From positions 1-64,000 of the IMG/VR virus record IMGVR_UViG_3300035666_000005: a stretch of 64,000 nt of DNA. One strand, given 5' to 3'. The position numbers and the translations under genes are program-made. The notes below the pieces were generated by a model, which saw only the letters and a program-made list of their open reading frames with translations, was not told where the DNA came from and did not search any database. Source of the stretch: a virus. Below are positions 39,207 to 49,379 of the stretch, in pieces; within the stretch, counting starts at the first letter, position 1; each line of letters begins with the position of its first letter.

Positions 39207-39605
39207 ATGTCAAGCTTATTATTTATTTTACTCTGTTGTCTTGGTTCCCTATTTATTCATTTATGGTTTTATTCTGATTTTTTTGCTTTTTATTTAAGAT
39301 TATTTAAAGTTTTAATTCCTTCGAAAATTTATAACTGGTTTTTAATTGAAGAATATTTAAATAATCAAGATCCAAATTTAATAGTAGATAGCTACATAGA
39401 ATATCTTTATATTAAAAGAATATTAGAACCATCTTTTATCATACAATTTTTTTTAAAATTGTTTTCGTGTATTATTTGTTTATCTACATGGGTAGCTATC
39501 ATAATTTCATTAATATACGGTAACTTATTGTATTTTGGTTTAGTATTTATTATATTACGTATATTAGATTTTATTCTTAGATTTGTTTTAAAAAAAGTCA
39601 TATAA
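39207..39605 (+). CDS. Membrane protein
   Basis: Several hydrophobic segments, CIICLSTW motif. Confidence 0.6.
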   Translation: MSSLLFILLCCLGSLFIHLWFYSDFFAFYLRLFKVLIPSKIYNWFLIEEYLNNQDPNLIVDSYIEYLYIKRILEPSFIIQFFLKLFSCIICLSTWVAIIISLIYGNLLYFGLVFIILRILDFILRFVLKKVI

Positions 39606-39611
39606 TCATTT

Positions 39612-40046
39612 ATGAAAAAATTAGACTTTTGTAAACCTACAAAATCTGTAACAGGCTCCTGGGTAACATTTGGTTTAACTCAAGACCAAGAAGATTCAAA
39701 AAAAAATGGATTTTATGTAAATATGATTCGCCAAGCAGGTTGGAACAACGAAACAAAAAATGGAACATTTAAAGAAAATGTTAACAACCCAGAAAAACAC
39801 AAAAGAATTAAACTTAGTGAAAATGATATAGCTGAAGTTCTTTTAGTATTAGGATCTAACGGTGAAAAGAAATGGTCTACAGTTCATGCTGGTAAAACAC
39901 CAATTTTTGTGGAGCCATTTATTAAAGATGAAAAACATGTTGGCTATTTAATTAAACTTGGAGGGATCAGTATTGCATTAAATTTTGCAGAAACTCTTCG
40001 TCTTCAAGAATATTTAAAATTGACTTTACAGCAAATGTATTTATAA
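39612..40046 (+). CDS. Hypothetical protein, possibly PC4/Whirly-like ssDNA binder
   Basis: Repeated beta-beta-beta-helix pattern (IKLSENDIAEVL, IALNFAETLRL). Confidence 0.45.
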   Translation: MKKLDFCKPTKSVTGSWVTFGLTQDQEDSKKNGFYVNMIRQAGWNNETKNGTFKENVNNPEKHKRIKLSENDIAEVLLVLGSNGEKKWSTVHAGKTPIFVEPFIKDEKHVGYLIKLGGISIALNFAETLRLQEYLKLTLQQMYL

Positions 40047-40054
40047 TACGAAAT

Positions 40055-41983
40055 ATGCGTAAAAAAAAATTGTTGTTCTTAACAGATTACGCTGGAGCTT
40101 TTACCGGTTTTGGTAAACAATGTAAGTTACTTTTAAGTTACTTATATAAAACTGGAAAATATGAAATATTAAATGCTGCCCAAGGTGTACAAACAAATGA
40201 TTTTTTAAATAAAAAATTTCCTTGGCAAACTATTGGTGTATTGCCAAACGATCCTAATAAAATTAATCAAATTAATCAGGATCCAAATTTAGCAAGAAAT
40301 GCTGCTTATGGTGTTCTAGAAATAAACAACATTGTTAAGAATTTTAAACCAGATGTTATTTTTTCTATTAACGATACCTGGGGATCTCAATTCGTTGTCG
40401 ATATGCCATTTTTTAATAAAATTCCCACTGTATGTTGGAATACTTTTGACTCTTTACCGCTGCTTCCAGATACTATACAAAAAGCCTCAAAAATTAAAAA
40501 TTATTGGACATGGAGTGATTTTGCACGAAAAGAATTTCAAAAATTAGGATTTAATCACGTTAAAAACCAATATCCCTTAGTTAATACTAATAATTTCTAT
40601 AAACTTCCGGATACAAAAATAATGGAGATCAAAGCTAAGTTTGGTCTTCCTCAAGATGCTTTTATAATAGGTTTTGTTTTTAGAAATCAGTTACGTAAAT
40701 TAATTAATACTCAAATAGAAGCATATGCGTTATTTAAAAAACATAATCCCGAAATAAAAAATACTTTTTTATATACTCACACTCATTATGGTGAGGGTTG
40801 GGATATCCATAGATTATGCCAACAATATGGAGTAAATCCTTTAGAAGTTTTATGCACATATATTTGTAAAGAAACGGGACAATATTTTATAGCTCCTTTT
40901 CATGGTCAAGATATTGAAAACCCTATCACCAAAAATAAGACTTTAATTACTGCTAATGTTCAATTTGGCGTTACAGATGAGCAATTAAATGAAATCTATA
41001 ATATCTTTTCGTTATATTCTCATCCAGCTACTTCAGGAGCTTGTGAATTACCATGTGTAGAAGCAGCTTTAACAGAAAAAATTATTACTACATGCGCTTA
41101 CTCTTTTGGGGAAGATATTATAGAATATAATAAAGGAAGTCTACCTATAAAATTTACTTTCTATACAGAACACGGTACTCAATTTTTAAAGTCACAACCA
41201 TCTGCTTACGAGTTATCAAAAATCTTTAAAAAAGTTTATGAAATGAAGCCCCAAAATAAATACAAGATGGAGCAAGAATCTAGAAAGTGGGCTATCGAAA
41301 ATTATTCTATAGAAATAAACGGAAGAAAAATTGAAAAATTCATAGATGAAGAAACTACATTATTATCTGAAGAGATATTTAATTTCTCAACCCAAGTAGA
41401 AAATAATGTAAATCCATCTGCTAAAATAGAAAATAATTCTGATAATAAAGTTTGGGTTAAATCATTATATAAACATATACTAGGAAGAGATGTAACAGAT
41501 CAAGATGAAGGATTATTACATTGGTTGCAAAAATTAGAACAAAATGTATCAAAAGAACAAATTGAAAATTATTTTCGACAAGTAGCTACAGAAGAATTAA
41601 CTAAAAATCCTCAACAAATCAATTTTGAAGATTTGTTAGATAAAAATGATAAAGGTAAAAGAATTTTAATGGTGATGCCGCAAAGCGCTGGGGATGTATT
41701 TTGGACAACGTCTTTATTTGAATCTATAAAAAATTTATATCCAGATTATAATTTATATTTTGCAACAAAAAAAGAATATATGGATATATTAGATGGTAAC
41801 AAATATGTTCATAAGGTAATTGAATATAACCCTGTAATGGATAATTTATTATGGTCAGAAGGGGCTGCTCAACATGAGGGATATTTTGAAATTACTTTTC
41901 TTCCATATATAGGAACACAAAAAATATTAAATTATTTACATAATGGTAAAGATAAATTAGATTTTAATATTAAAAATTTTTAG
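40055..41983 (+). CDS. GT4-like glycosyltransferase fused to a DUF4214-like helix bundle and a GT9 N-terminal domain
   Basis: TGFG, FRNQLRK, SGACELPCVEA; WVKSLYKHILGR..DEGLLHW; RILMVMPQSAGDV. Confidence 0.85.
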   Translation: MRKKKLLFLTDYAGAFTGFGKQCKLLLSYLYKTGKYEILNAAQGVQTNDFLNKKFPWQTIGVLPNDPNKINQINQDPNLARNAAYGVLEINNIVKNFKPDVIFSINDTWGSQFVVDMPFFNKIPTVCWNTFDSLPLLPDTIQKASKIKNYWTWSDFARKEFQKLGFNHVKNQYPLVNTNNFYKLPDTKIMEIKAKFGLPQDAFIIGFVFRNQLRKLINTQIEAYALFKKHNPEIKNTFLYTHTHYGEGWDIHRLCQQYGVNPLEVLCTYICKETGQYFIAPFHGQDIENPITKNKTLITANVQFGVTDEQLNEIYNIFSLYSHPATSGACELPCVEAALTEKIITTCAYSFGEDIIEYNKGSLPIKFTFYTEHGTQFLKSQPSAYELSKIFKKVYEMKPQNKYKMEQESRKWAIENYSIEINGRKIEKFIDEETTLLSEEIFNFSTQVENNVNPSAKIENNSDNKVWVKSLYKHILGRDVTDQDEGLLHWLQKLEQNVSKEQIENYFRQVATEELTKNPQQINFEDLLDKNDKGKRILMVMPQSAGDVFWTTSLFESIKNLYPDYNLYFATKKEYMDILDGNKYVHKVIEYNPVMDNLLWSEGAAQHEGYFEITFLPYIGTQKILNYLHNGKDKLDFNIKNF

Positions 41984-41984
41984 C

Positions 41985-42368
41985 ATGAAAATAGAAACCC
42001 CAATATCAGTAGGAGAATATATTGATAAATTATCAATTCTTTTGATTAAAAAAGAAAAAATTAATGATCCAACAAAACTAAATAATATAAAAAAAGAAAT
42101 AGATCTTTTACTGTCTAAAGCTAGTAACTTTAAAGCCCCAGAATTAAATTTTTGGACCGATAAAATGAAAGCTATCAATTTAGTTTTATGGGAAATTGAG
42201 GATCAAATTAGATTGAAAGAAAAAAATAAAGAGTTTGATCAAGATTTTATAAAATTAGCAAGAAAAGTTTATTATACTAATGACGAACGGTTTATCATAA
42301 AAAATGAAATTAATAAACTTTTTCAATCAGAAATTTTTGAACAAAAAAGTTACGAGGATTATAAATAA
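41985..42368 (+). CDS. DUF6165-like protein
   Basis: PISVGEYIDKLSIL, LWEIEDQIR, VYYTNDER..IK.EIN, EQKSY. Confidence 0.75.
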   Translation: MKIETPISVGEYIDKLSILLIKKEKINDPTKLNNIKKEIDLLLSKASNFKAPELNFWTDKMKAINLVLWEIEDQIRLKEKNKEFDQDFIKLARKVYYTNDERFIIKNEINKLFQSEIFEQKSYEDYK

Positions 42369-43564
42369 TGCATATATTAGAACAGTACGCAGTTAATTGT
42401 GGTGTTAAAATCGGTAAGCCATATATATTTAAAGAATATGTTCCAATACCATTTGATAAGTATATTGTTCTTCATGCTGGTAGTGGGATGGAATCTAAAA
42501 ATTACGATTATTATGACGACATTGTTTCTTTTATTAAACCTTATTTAGATAAACAAAATATAAAAATAGTACAAATAGGCGGTGAAAAAGAAAGATTAAT
42601 TAAAAATTGTTATCATTTACTTGGCACTACAAAAAAACAACTTGCTTATATTATAGATAATAGTTTGCTTTATTTTGGTAATGATACGATCAGTTTACAT
42701 TTAGCTTCTTATTTTCAAAAAAAGATTGTTTGTGCTTCAAGTGTTCTTTTTGAATCATGTTTTTATCCATACTGGAGTAAAAAAGAAGACTATACGATAA
42801 TTAATTCAGATAGAAATGGTTTAAAACCTTCTTTTTCAAATAATGAAAACCCGAAAACAATTAATTTAATTAAAGCAGAAAAAATTGCAGAAAAAATTTT
42901 AAATTATCTTAGTATAAAACATGACAATTTACCAGTATCTATATATAGAGGAAAAAAGTATATTGAACCTATTATAGAAATATCTCCAAGTCAATTAATT
43001 GATAAAAATACTTTTAACAATTTTATTCTAAACATCCGTTTAGATTATTTTCCAGATTTTGATAATTTAAATCCAATATTGCAAAATTTGCAAATAAGAC
43101 CTTCTACAATAGTAACAGATCGTCCAATTAATTTAGATATTTTAAAGATGTTCAAAAAAAATATATTATCTATTATTTACGATGTGACAAATGATATTAA
43201 TTTAGATTTTTTATCTAAATTAAATAATTATGCAATTAAAACGCTTTTAATTTTTAAAAAGAAAGAAAAAGATACCGAAGAAATTTTAAAACAAAGACAA
43301 TTAAGTATTATTGATTATCCTAATATTATAGAACCTGTTATAATCAATAGTTTTGATTTTGATAAAATTGATATAAATAAATCAATTTATAGAACAAATA
43401 AAATACTTATTCATGATAATAAATTATTTACTAGTAGATTAGCTCAAATAGAAAATCAACCAAGTGAAATTATTGATAGTATTTTTGAATTAAAACTAAA
43501 TAAATTGAAAGATTTACCTTCGTTGAATGAAGATCTTGATTATGGATATATATATAGCTATTGA
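42368..43564 (+). CDS. GT9 (heptosyltransferase-like) C-terminal domain plus unknown C-terminal domain
   Basis: YIVLHAGS..SKNY, VQIGG, LAYII, GNDT..LHLAS. Confidence 0.8.
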   Translation: MHILEQYAVNCGVKIGKPYIFKEYVPIPFDKYIVLHAGSGMESKNYDYYDDIVSFIKPYLDKQNIKIVQIGGEKERLIKNCYHLLGTTKKQLAYIIDNSLLYFGNDTISLHLASYFQKKIVCASSVLFESCFYPYWSKKEDYTIINSDRNGLKPSFSNNENPKTINLIKAEKIAEKILNYLSIKHDNLPVSIYRGKKYIEPIIEISPSQLIDKNTFNNFILNIRLDYFPDFDNLNPILQNLQIRPSTIVTDRPINLDILKMFKKNILSIIYDVTNDINLDFLSKLNNYAIKTLLIFKKKEKDTEEILKQRQLSIIDYPNIIEPVIINSFDFDKIDINKSIYRTNKILIHDNKLFTSRLAQIENQPSEIIDSIFELKLNKLKDLPSLNEDLDYGYIYSY

Positions 43565-43589
43565 CATTTTTTTCAAAAACTAAGATAAT
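43561..43589 (+). promoter_or_regulatory. sigma70-like promoter
   Basis: TTGACA-N17-GATAAT, ATG at 43596. Confidence 0.6.
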
Positions 43590-43595
43590 CACTAT

Positions 43596-44351
43596 ATGTC
43601 AGAATATCGTTATGAATATCGTTATAAAGATACTGTTAATAAATTTAAAAGAGACGTTAATGGGCTTTTAGAATGTGTAGATTACATATTTAACCCAGAT
43701 AATACAATTAATTGGCGTTCAATGATTAATAAAGAACATCTTGTTCCTAACCGAGATGCGTTTAAAAATCAAAAAGATATTAATTTAAAAGAAATAGATA
43801 TCACATCTTTAGCAGATAATCAACTACTTATTCTTTTGGCTGGAATAAAAGAACTCGCTCAAATTCGGGGCTATACAAATGTTTCTTATGACGTTATTCA
43901 GGCCCAACCAGATTATGTAGCTGTTAAATGTACCATTAACTGGTTGCCAAATTATGAAACATCCATGGAACCTGTTTCGTTTTCAGCTTTAGCAGAAGCA
44001 CATCTTGATAATACTAAAGACTTTGCAAAAAACTTTTTAATGGCGATTGCAGAAAATCGAGCCTTTATTAGAGCAGTTAGAAGTTTTCTTAAAATTAATA
44101 TTGTTGGTAATGACGAAATGGGAAAAACAACACATATTGATTCCGAAATAGAATCAAATACATCTATTACTCAACCTATCGCATTGTTACAGAAAACTAT
44201 GGAAGAACATAATATTTCTTTTGAGCAAATTAAAGAGCGCGCAGTGCAAAAAAAGATGGAAAATGCAGAAAATTGGAAGTCAATAAATGATATTTCCCCA
44301 CTGTCTATGTTCACAATTATTAGCGGTATAAAAAATAAAAATAAAAAATAA
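43596..44351 (+). CDS. Hypothetical protein, possibly Rad52-like ssDNA annealing
   Basis: LAGIKELAQ.RG, beta strands, then AIAENRAFIRAVR helix. Confidence 0.45.
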   Translation: MSEYRYEYRYKDTVNKFKRDVNGLLECVDYIFNPDNTINWRSMINKEHLVPNRDAFKNQKDINLKEIDITSLADNQLLILLAGIKELAQIRGYTNVSYDVIQAQPDYVAVKCTINWLPNYETSMEPVSFSALAEAHLDNTKDFAKNFLMAIAENRAFIRAVRSFLKINIVGNDEMGKTTHIDSEIESNTSITQPIALLQKTMEEHNISFEQIKERAVQKKMENAENWKSINDISPLSMFTIISGIKNKNKK

Positions 44352-44367
44352 AATTAATACATTTTAA

Positions 44368-45345
44368 TTATATATTAGGAATTTTACTTACTGTTTTTGA
44401 ATAAACTCCCTTTTCTTCGTCATCTCCGCAAACTTTATTACATGGATTATCATCATTATTAGGGTCATCAGATGATTCTAATCTTTCTTGATCTTTTCCA
44501 TCCCAAAAAAATCTATCACAACATCTTTTTCCAGGTCTAATATCAATAATTACATTAGCAAATTGACTGATAGATTTTTGAGAATTTATTAAAGTAGTAC
44601 CTAAATTTGCTGTAGTTCCAGGGGCATTTAAATTAATAATAGGGATTGGTTGGAATATTGGACCTGGTGGTCCAGGTAATACTTGTGAAGAAATTGTATT
44701 TCCAAAAGCAGCTTTTCCGACGCCTACAAAAACTGTTACGTTAGGCCAATAAAGTCTTGTTTTTCTATAAGCATAATATTTTATATCAGAAAAATCTAAA
44801 ATAATAGATACATTATTTTTGCTAAAAACATGAACTGGTCCAGCAGAACATAATGTTCCTTCGTTTGGTTTATAAGTAAAAGCTTCTAATTTATTTGGAT
44901 CAATATTTTCATCTAAATCTAAAGCTTTGTCCCCACCAACATCTGACTGTGTTTCATTATTTATAATTCCTTCCCGTGCTTTTCTTACTCTTTTTGAATA
45001 TTTAGAATATATTTTTGTATATCCACGAGCTGTAGTAAAACTATCCGCTGGAGTTGAGATAGCCCCAAGACCACCTATTGCTCCTATTATTCCACCAGTT
45101 GTTCCGCCAGCACTAACAAATTCAGAGAAAGGATCTATAGAAGAAATAACGGAGGCAGTAACATTTATTTCAAAACTCTTAACTGTCCAATAAGTTGAAA
45201 ACATTTGATTAAAAGAATATCCTAACATTCTTGTGGAAAATGGTCGTGGAAAAATGTCCGGAGTTCCTTTTTTATCGTTATTCGGAATATGCAAGTTATC
45301 TGGATTGTAGGGAATGTTTCCTAAAAAATTAATATTAAAACTCAT
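44368..45345 (-). CDS. Putative virion protein
   Basis: End of the structural operon; Gly-rich segment, Cys pairs. Confidence 0.55.
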   Translation of the reverse strand: MSFNINFLGNIPYNPDNLHIPNNDKKGTPDIFPRPFSTRMLGYSFNQMFSTYWTVKSFEINVTASVISSIDPFSEFVSAGGTTGGIIGAIGGLGAISTPADSFTTARGYTKIYSKYSKRVRKAREGIINNETQSDVGGDKALDLDENIDPNKLEAFTYKPNEGTLCSAGPVHVFSKNNVSIILDFSDIKYYAYRKTRLYWPNVTVFVGVGKAAFGNTISSQVLPGPPGPIFQPIPIINLNAPGTTANLGTTLINSQKSISQFANVIIDIRPGKRCCDRFFWDGKDQERLESSDDPNNDDNPCNKVCGDDEEKGVYSKTVSKIPNI

Positions 45346-45951
45346 TTAATTAAAATTTTCATTAATAGCATTTACATGTAATTGGCCATTAAAATAAGGC
45401 GCGGGAAAGATTACTGGAACACCGCTTACTACAGAAGCTAATAGTATAAAATTAGTATCTAAAATTTGTATAGGAGTTTTTTGATTTGTCTCCGGTTCTT
45501 GTATTTCTCCATTTTTATTGCTAGAATCAGATCTATATCCAATTAGTACATAACATTTTGTTTGAACTTTTCCGTCAATTAACTTTGTTACTTTTCCATC
45601 TTCATCTGTTTCGTCTACGGGTTTAATTTCAATCATATCAGGATAATTTTTCCAAGAATTATCATTACCAACCGTTTCACATTTAATTCTAGCCTCTGAT
45701 ACTTGTAAATTTGGTAATACATCTATTTCAATAAAAAATTTATCTTCTTTTCCTAAAGTATAAATCTGGCCAGTTCCCATTCCTTCTATTGGTACAAAAG
45801 TTCCAGTTCTAAAAGAAAATGTTGAAAAACAAACGCCTGGTTCTATATAATATTTATCTTCAGCGTCTTCATTCTTTGAGGCTGTAATTTTAAAAGGGGG
45901 CGATGTTCTTACAACTGTAACCGGTAAATAATTTGTAATTCCTCCTGCCAT
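45346..45951 (-). CDS. Putative virion protein
   Basis: Co-oriented within the structural block. Confidence 0.55.
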   Translation of the reverse strand: MAGGITNYLPVTVVRTSPPFKITASKNEDAEDKYYIEPGVCFSTFSFRTGTFVPIEGMGTGQIYTLGKEDKFFIEIDVLPNLQVSEARIKCETVGNDNSWKNYPDMIEIKPVDETDEDGKVTKLIDGKVQTKCYVLIGYRSDSSNKNGEIQEPETNQKTPIQILDTNFILLASVVSGVPVIFPAPYFNGQLHVNAINENFN

Positions 45952-45962
45952 AATAAATTATA

Positions 45963-48900
45963 TTATTTTATTCCACTCAATCTAAAAATAATCCCATTAT
46001 TAGGTAATTCAGGATTATTAATATCATCTATAATTAAATCTACAATATCCGGGCTTTCGCTTGGTAAAGTATTTAAATAATTTAAATAAAAAACTCTTAA
46101 ATTAACATTTGTTGGATTTCTACCAAAATTACTTCGGTTAGCAAAAGATGTTCCACTAATAAAATTATTCTGTAGAAAACTTAAATAATTTCTTCTAAGA
46201 TTTCCACTTGCTATATCCCATACATCAAAAAATGTTCTTACTCCTGTAAAAGTAGGAACGTTTCCAATTATATTTCCTGATCCACTATTACCATAATAAA
46301 AACCGGTTCCTAAAATAATATCAGCAATATTACCAGTCATTAATGGGTCTTTAAGAATTATTTCTGTTGTCCCATTGTTATCTATATATCCAAAATTATA
46401 CAATCTTGGGTAAATATTAACACCAGAATTAAATTGTATAATTTCAATTTTATTACTAAGAGGGGTCAAATTTATATTACCAGACTCTCCTGGTAATATA
46501 CTAGTTAATTTAATATTTGTGTTAACAACTTCACCACTACAAAGAAAAATATTTTGAGAATCATTTATAATTGAAACCAGTGAAGCATTTGAGTCAAAAT
46601 ATGTTGGGGGCGGATATGCTGAAGAATTAGAATGATAAATTAAAGTATTATTATTAAGAGATAATATATCAAAATTATTTAAATTACTATAATTTACATT
46701 AAATATCACATTAGAAGTTATAAAACCAGTAGGTATTGAATAATATGGGTATATATTACCAACTGTAACTCCAGTAACAGCTACATTATTGTTAATTTGT
46801 AACTTTCCACCGCTAGTAAAACCAGTAACTTTTCCAGTAATCGGATAATATCCAATTACATCATAATCAATATATGGAATATTTCCTAAGGTTGTATTTA
46901 AAGTACCGTTTGAAATTCTTTCATCATAAATTGGGGGTAAATTATTTAATCTACCACCAAATAAAAGCTCCCTGTTAATAACATCTTTTTTAATAACTGT
47001 TGTCTGACCGCTAAGACGACCAAATCCAGTTAATATTCCACTTAAAGTTTTAGAAAAAGAAAGTAGTTGAGTTATAGGGTTATAAAAATAATAATCATTA
47101 TTTTGATAAATCATAACCCCCGTTCCGAAACCCGAAGTTGTTAGATATCCAGTCCCACTAATACTCGTGATTTCACCCATTACTTTATTAAATTTTACCG
47201 TTCTTTCGTTATTTTTAATAGATCTTATAAAAGGAGTATTAAAAAATTTATAAATACCACTTTCTTCAGGGATTAATGTATAATTAAAAATTCCACTAAT
47301 TTCAATAGGAACAATTCCCTGTACATCTATTGTATAATCAGCATTAATCGTACATATCGGATCACCACCATGAGCGGTAAAATTTGTAGGTTTTGCGGAA
47401 TATAAATTAATATTTTCAACAAAAAATGATTGTTTTTGAAAAAGATTTTCATTAAATAACCCACTAAAATTATATAGTGATATTTTATATTTACTATATT
47501 CGCTTGAATTATTAAAAAATTCCTTAGACAAATTCCAACCAGTTCTTATTATATGTAAATTACCAATAGATTTGTCATCTTCTCCAAGATTTTCGTCTCC
47601 ACCTCCACCGCCTTCTCCACCTTCTGGAGTTCCAGCTTCACATAATTGTTTTGCAGTAAATTTTGGAATTTGCTCTCCATTTGGTCCAATCTTATACTGT
47701 TGGCAATTTTTATTTGGCGCTGTAATTATAATATCTTTTGTTTTAATTTCTGGCGGACATAATGGATTTTTATTATAAATAACGACTCTTACGGGCTCTG
47801 AAGCTATTTGATCTTTACATAATATTCCAGAAGGAAGTTCTGCTTCGGGCAACTCTTCTTCTTTCTCCTCTTCTATAAATTCTTCTGGCTTAAGTTTTAA
47901 AGGTATTGGTTTTAAAATTTGCTCAACATCTTTAAAAGATTCATATAAATTAGTTTTTTGATCTAAGATGTTCCAACTTTGAGTATTTTTATTAAAGCCT
48001 TCTAATCTAATAATATCTGGGATTAAATAATTAAACCCATTATAAACACGGGCTGGAGGTAAACGTTGAGATAAAGAAAAAGATAAATCATAAGAAAAAT
48101 AAGATTCAAAATTTTCTATTTGAGGGTAGCCTCGAGAAGATATAAAATCTATTCTATTATTAAAATGATCAATAGGAATTTCTCCTGTTGGTTGGGTATT
48201 TTTTTTAAATTCTATTAATTTTCCAGTGATATATATTCCAGATTCAGAGCCAGATAGACATTCATATGGATACCAAATAGGATAAGTATTAAGAATATTA
48301 GCTTTTTCGTTTAACTTGCTAACTAAAGAATCTAATGAATTCCAATCATCTGGATATATTAATGTAAAACCTGTTGTTGGATATATAGGATCATTATTTA
48401 AATGATAATTTTTATATAAACCTGAATAATTATAATTATAAATATTAAACTTAATAGAATCTCCACTTAACCAATTATTATATAGAATATATCCAGATAA
48501 AGTAATTGTTGAATATTTAATACCAGGAGCCTCAACAGAATTTAATAAATTATTGTCCTTTGGTGGAACAATAACTTCTCCAGATCTAGCTCTTGCCGAA
48601 ATTCCAGACAAAAAATTCTGAAAAGAAAAAGTATCTATTAAATCTCCTGTATAACAAATCTCTTCCTCTGTAACACTTTCATATTCACAGGGAAAGAGTT
48701 CTTGGCATAAACTTTTGAAATTATCAAATGATAAAAAACCTAAAACACTATTAACTCCAGTATATAATTCTGGAGATTTTGCAGAATTAGATAAAAAAGC
48801 TCTACCCGTTTCTGTGTTTGCATCGATATTTCCAGTATAATAAAAATAACCAGAAAAAACTCCAGAAGCCACAATATTAATTGCATATGAAAAAATTTTA

Positions 48901-49334
48901 TTTGGAATCATCATTCCAGTACTAACATCGTAAGAAGCCCAAGCTTCATCATTTTTAAAAAAAGAATTATATCCTATATTTTTAGGTTTTTGTGGTCGAA
49001 TTTGTATTAATTGTTTATAGTAATTACCACTAATTAAATTAGTATTATTAATTCCATAATTAATATGAAATTTATTTTGATTGTTAATACGTGTTATTTC
49101 ATTATTATTGATAATAATACCCGCATTATTATTATTATAACCAGTTAAATTATATCCACTAAAATTATTATAATTATTTAACCAACTTTCATTATTTTCT
49201 AACAAATAACGTTTTAAAGTATTTGTTGGTGTAGAAAAAAATAAACCAGAGCCGGTTTCATTATATAATTTAATATAAGTATCATTATTAAAATATAATA
49301 AACCTGTTTTCAAACATTCATTTAAACATGACAT
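45963..49334 (-). CDS. Large (S/T)G-rich virion protein
   Basis: 1123 aa, Asn/Ser/Thr/Gly-rich; GTGTAA at 49367-49372. Confidence 0.65.
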   Translation of the reverse strand: MSCLNECLKTGLLYFNNDTYIKLYNETGSGLFFSTPTNTLKRYLLENNESWLNNYNNFSGYNLTGYNNNNAGIIINNNEITRINNQNKFHINYGINNTNLISGNYYKQLIQIRPQKPKNIGYNSFFKNDEAWASYDVSTGMMIPNKIFSYAINIVASGVFSGYFYYTGNIDANTETGRAFLSNSAKSPELYTGVNSVLGFLSFDNFKSLCQELFPCEYESVTEEEICYTGDLIDTFSFQNFLSGISARARSGEVIVPPKDNNLLNSVEAPGIKYSTITLSGYILYNNWLSGDSIKFNIYNYNYSGLYKNYHLNNDPIYPTTGFTLIYPDDWNSLDSLVSKLNEKANILNTYPIWYPYECLSGSESGIYITGKLIEFKKNTQPTGEIPIDHFNNRIDFISSRGYPQIENFESYFSYDLSFSLSQRLPPARVYNGFNYLIPDIIRLEGFNKNTQSWNILDQKTNLYESFKDVEQILKPIPLKLKPEEFIEEEKEEELPEAELPSGILCKDQIASEPVRVVIYNKNPLCPPEIKTKDIIITAPNKNCQQYKIGPNGEQIPKFTAKQLCEAGTPEGGEGGGGGDENLGEDDKSIGNLHIIRTGWNLSKEFFNNSSEYSKYKISLYNFSGLFNENLFQKQSFFVENINLYSAKPTNFTAHGGDPICTINADYTIDVQGIVPIEISGIFNYTLIPEESGIYKFFNTPFIRSIKNNERTVKFNKVMGEITSISGTGYLTTSGFGTGVMIYQNNDYYFYNPITQLLSFSKTLSGILTGFGRLSGQTTVIKKDVINRELLFGGRLNNLPPIYDERISNGTLNTTLGNIPYIDYDVIGYYPITGKVTGFTSGGKLQINNNVAVTGVTVGNIYPYYSIPTGFITSNVIFNVNYSNLNNFDILSLNNNTLIYHSNSSAYPPPTYFDSNASLVSIINDSQNIFLCSGEVVNTNIKLTSILPGESGNINLTPLSNKIEIIQFNSGVNIYPRLYNFGYIDNNGTTEIILKDPLMTGNIADIILGTGFYYGNSGSGNIIGNVPTFTGVRTFFDVWDIASGNLRRNYLSFLQNNFISGTSFANRSNFGRNPTNVNLRVFYLNYLNTLPSESPDIVDLIIDDINNPELPNNGIIFRLSGIK

Positions 49335-49379
49335 AATATATATAAAAATCCTTAAGCCTATAATAATTACACATTTTTA

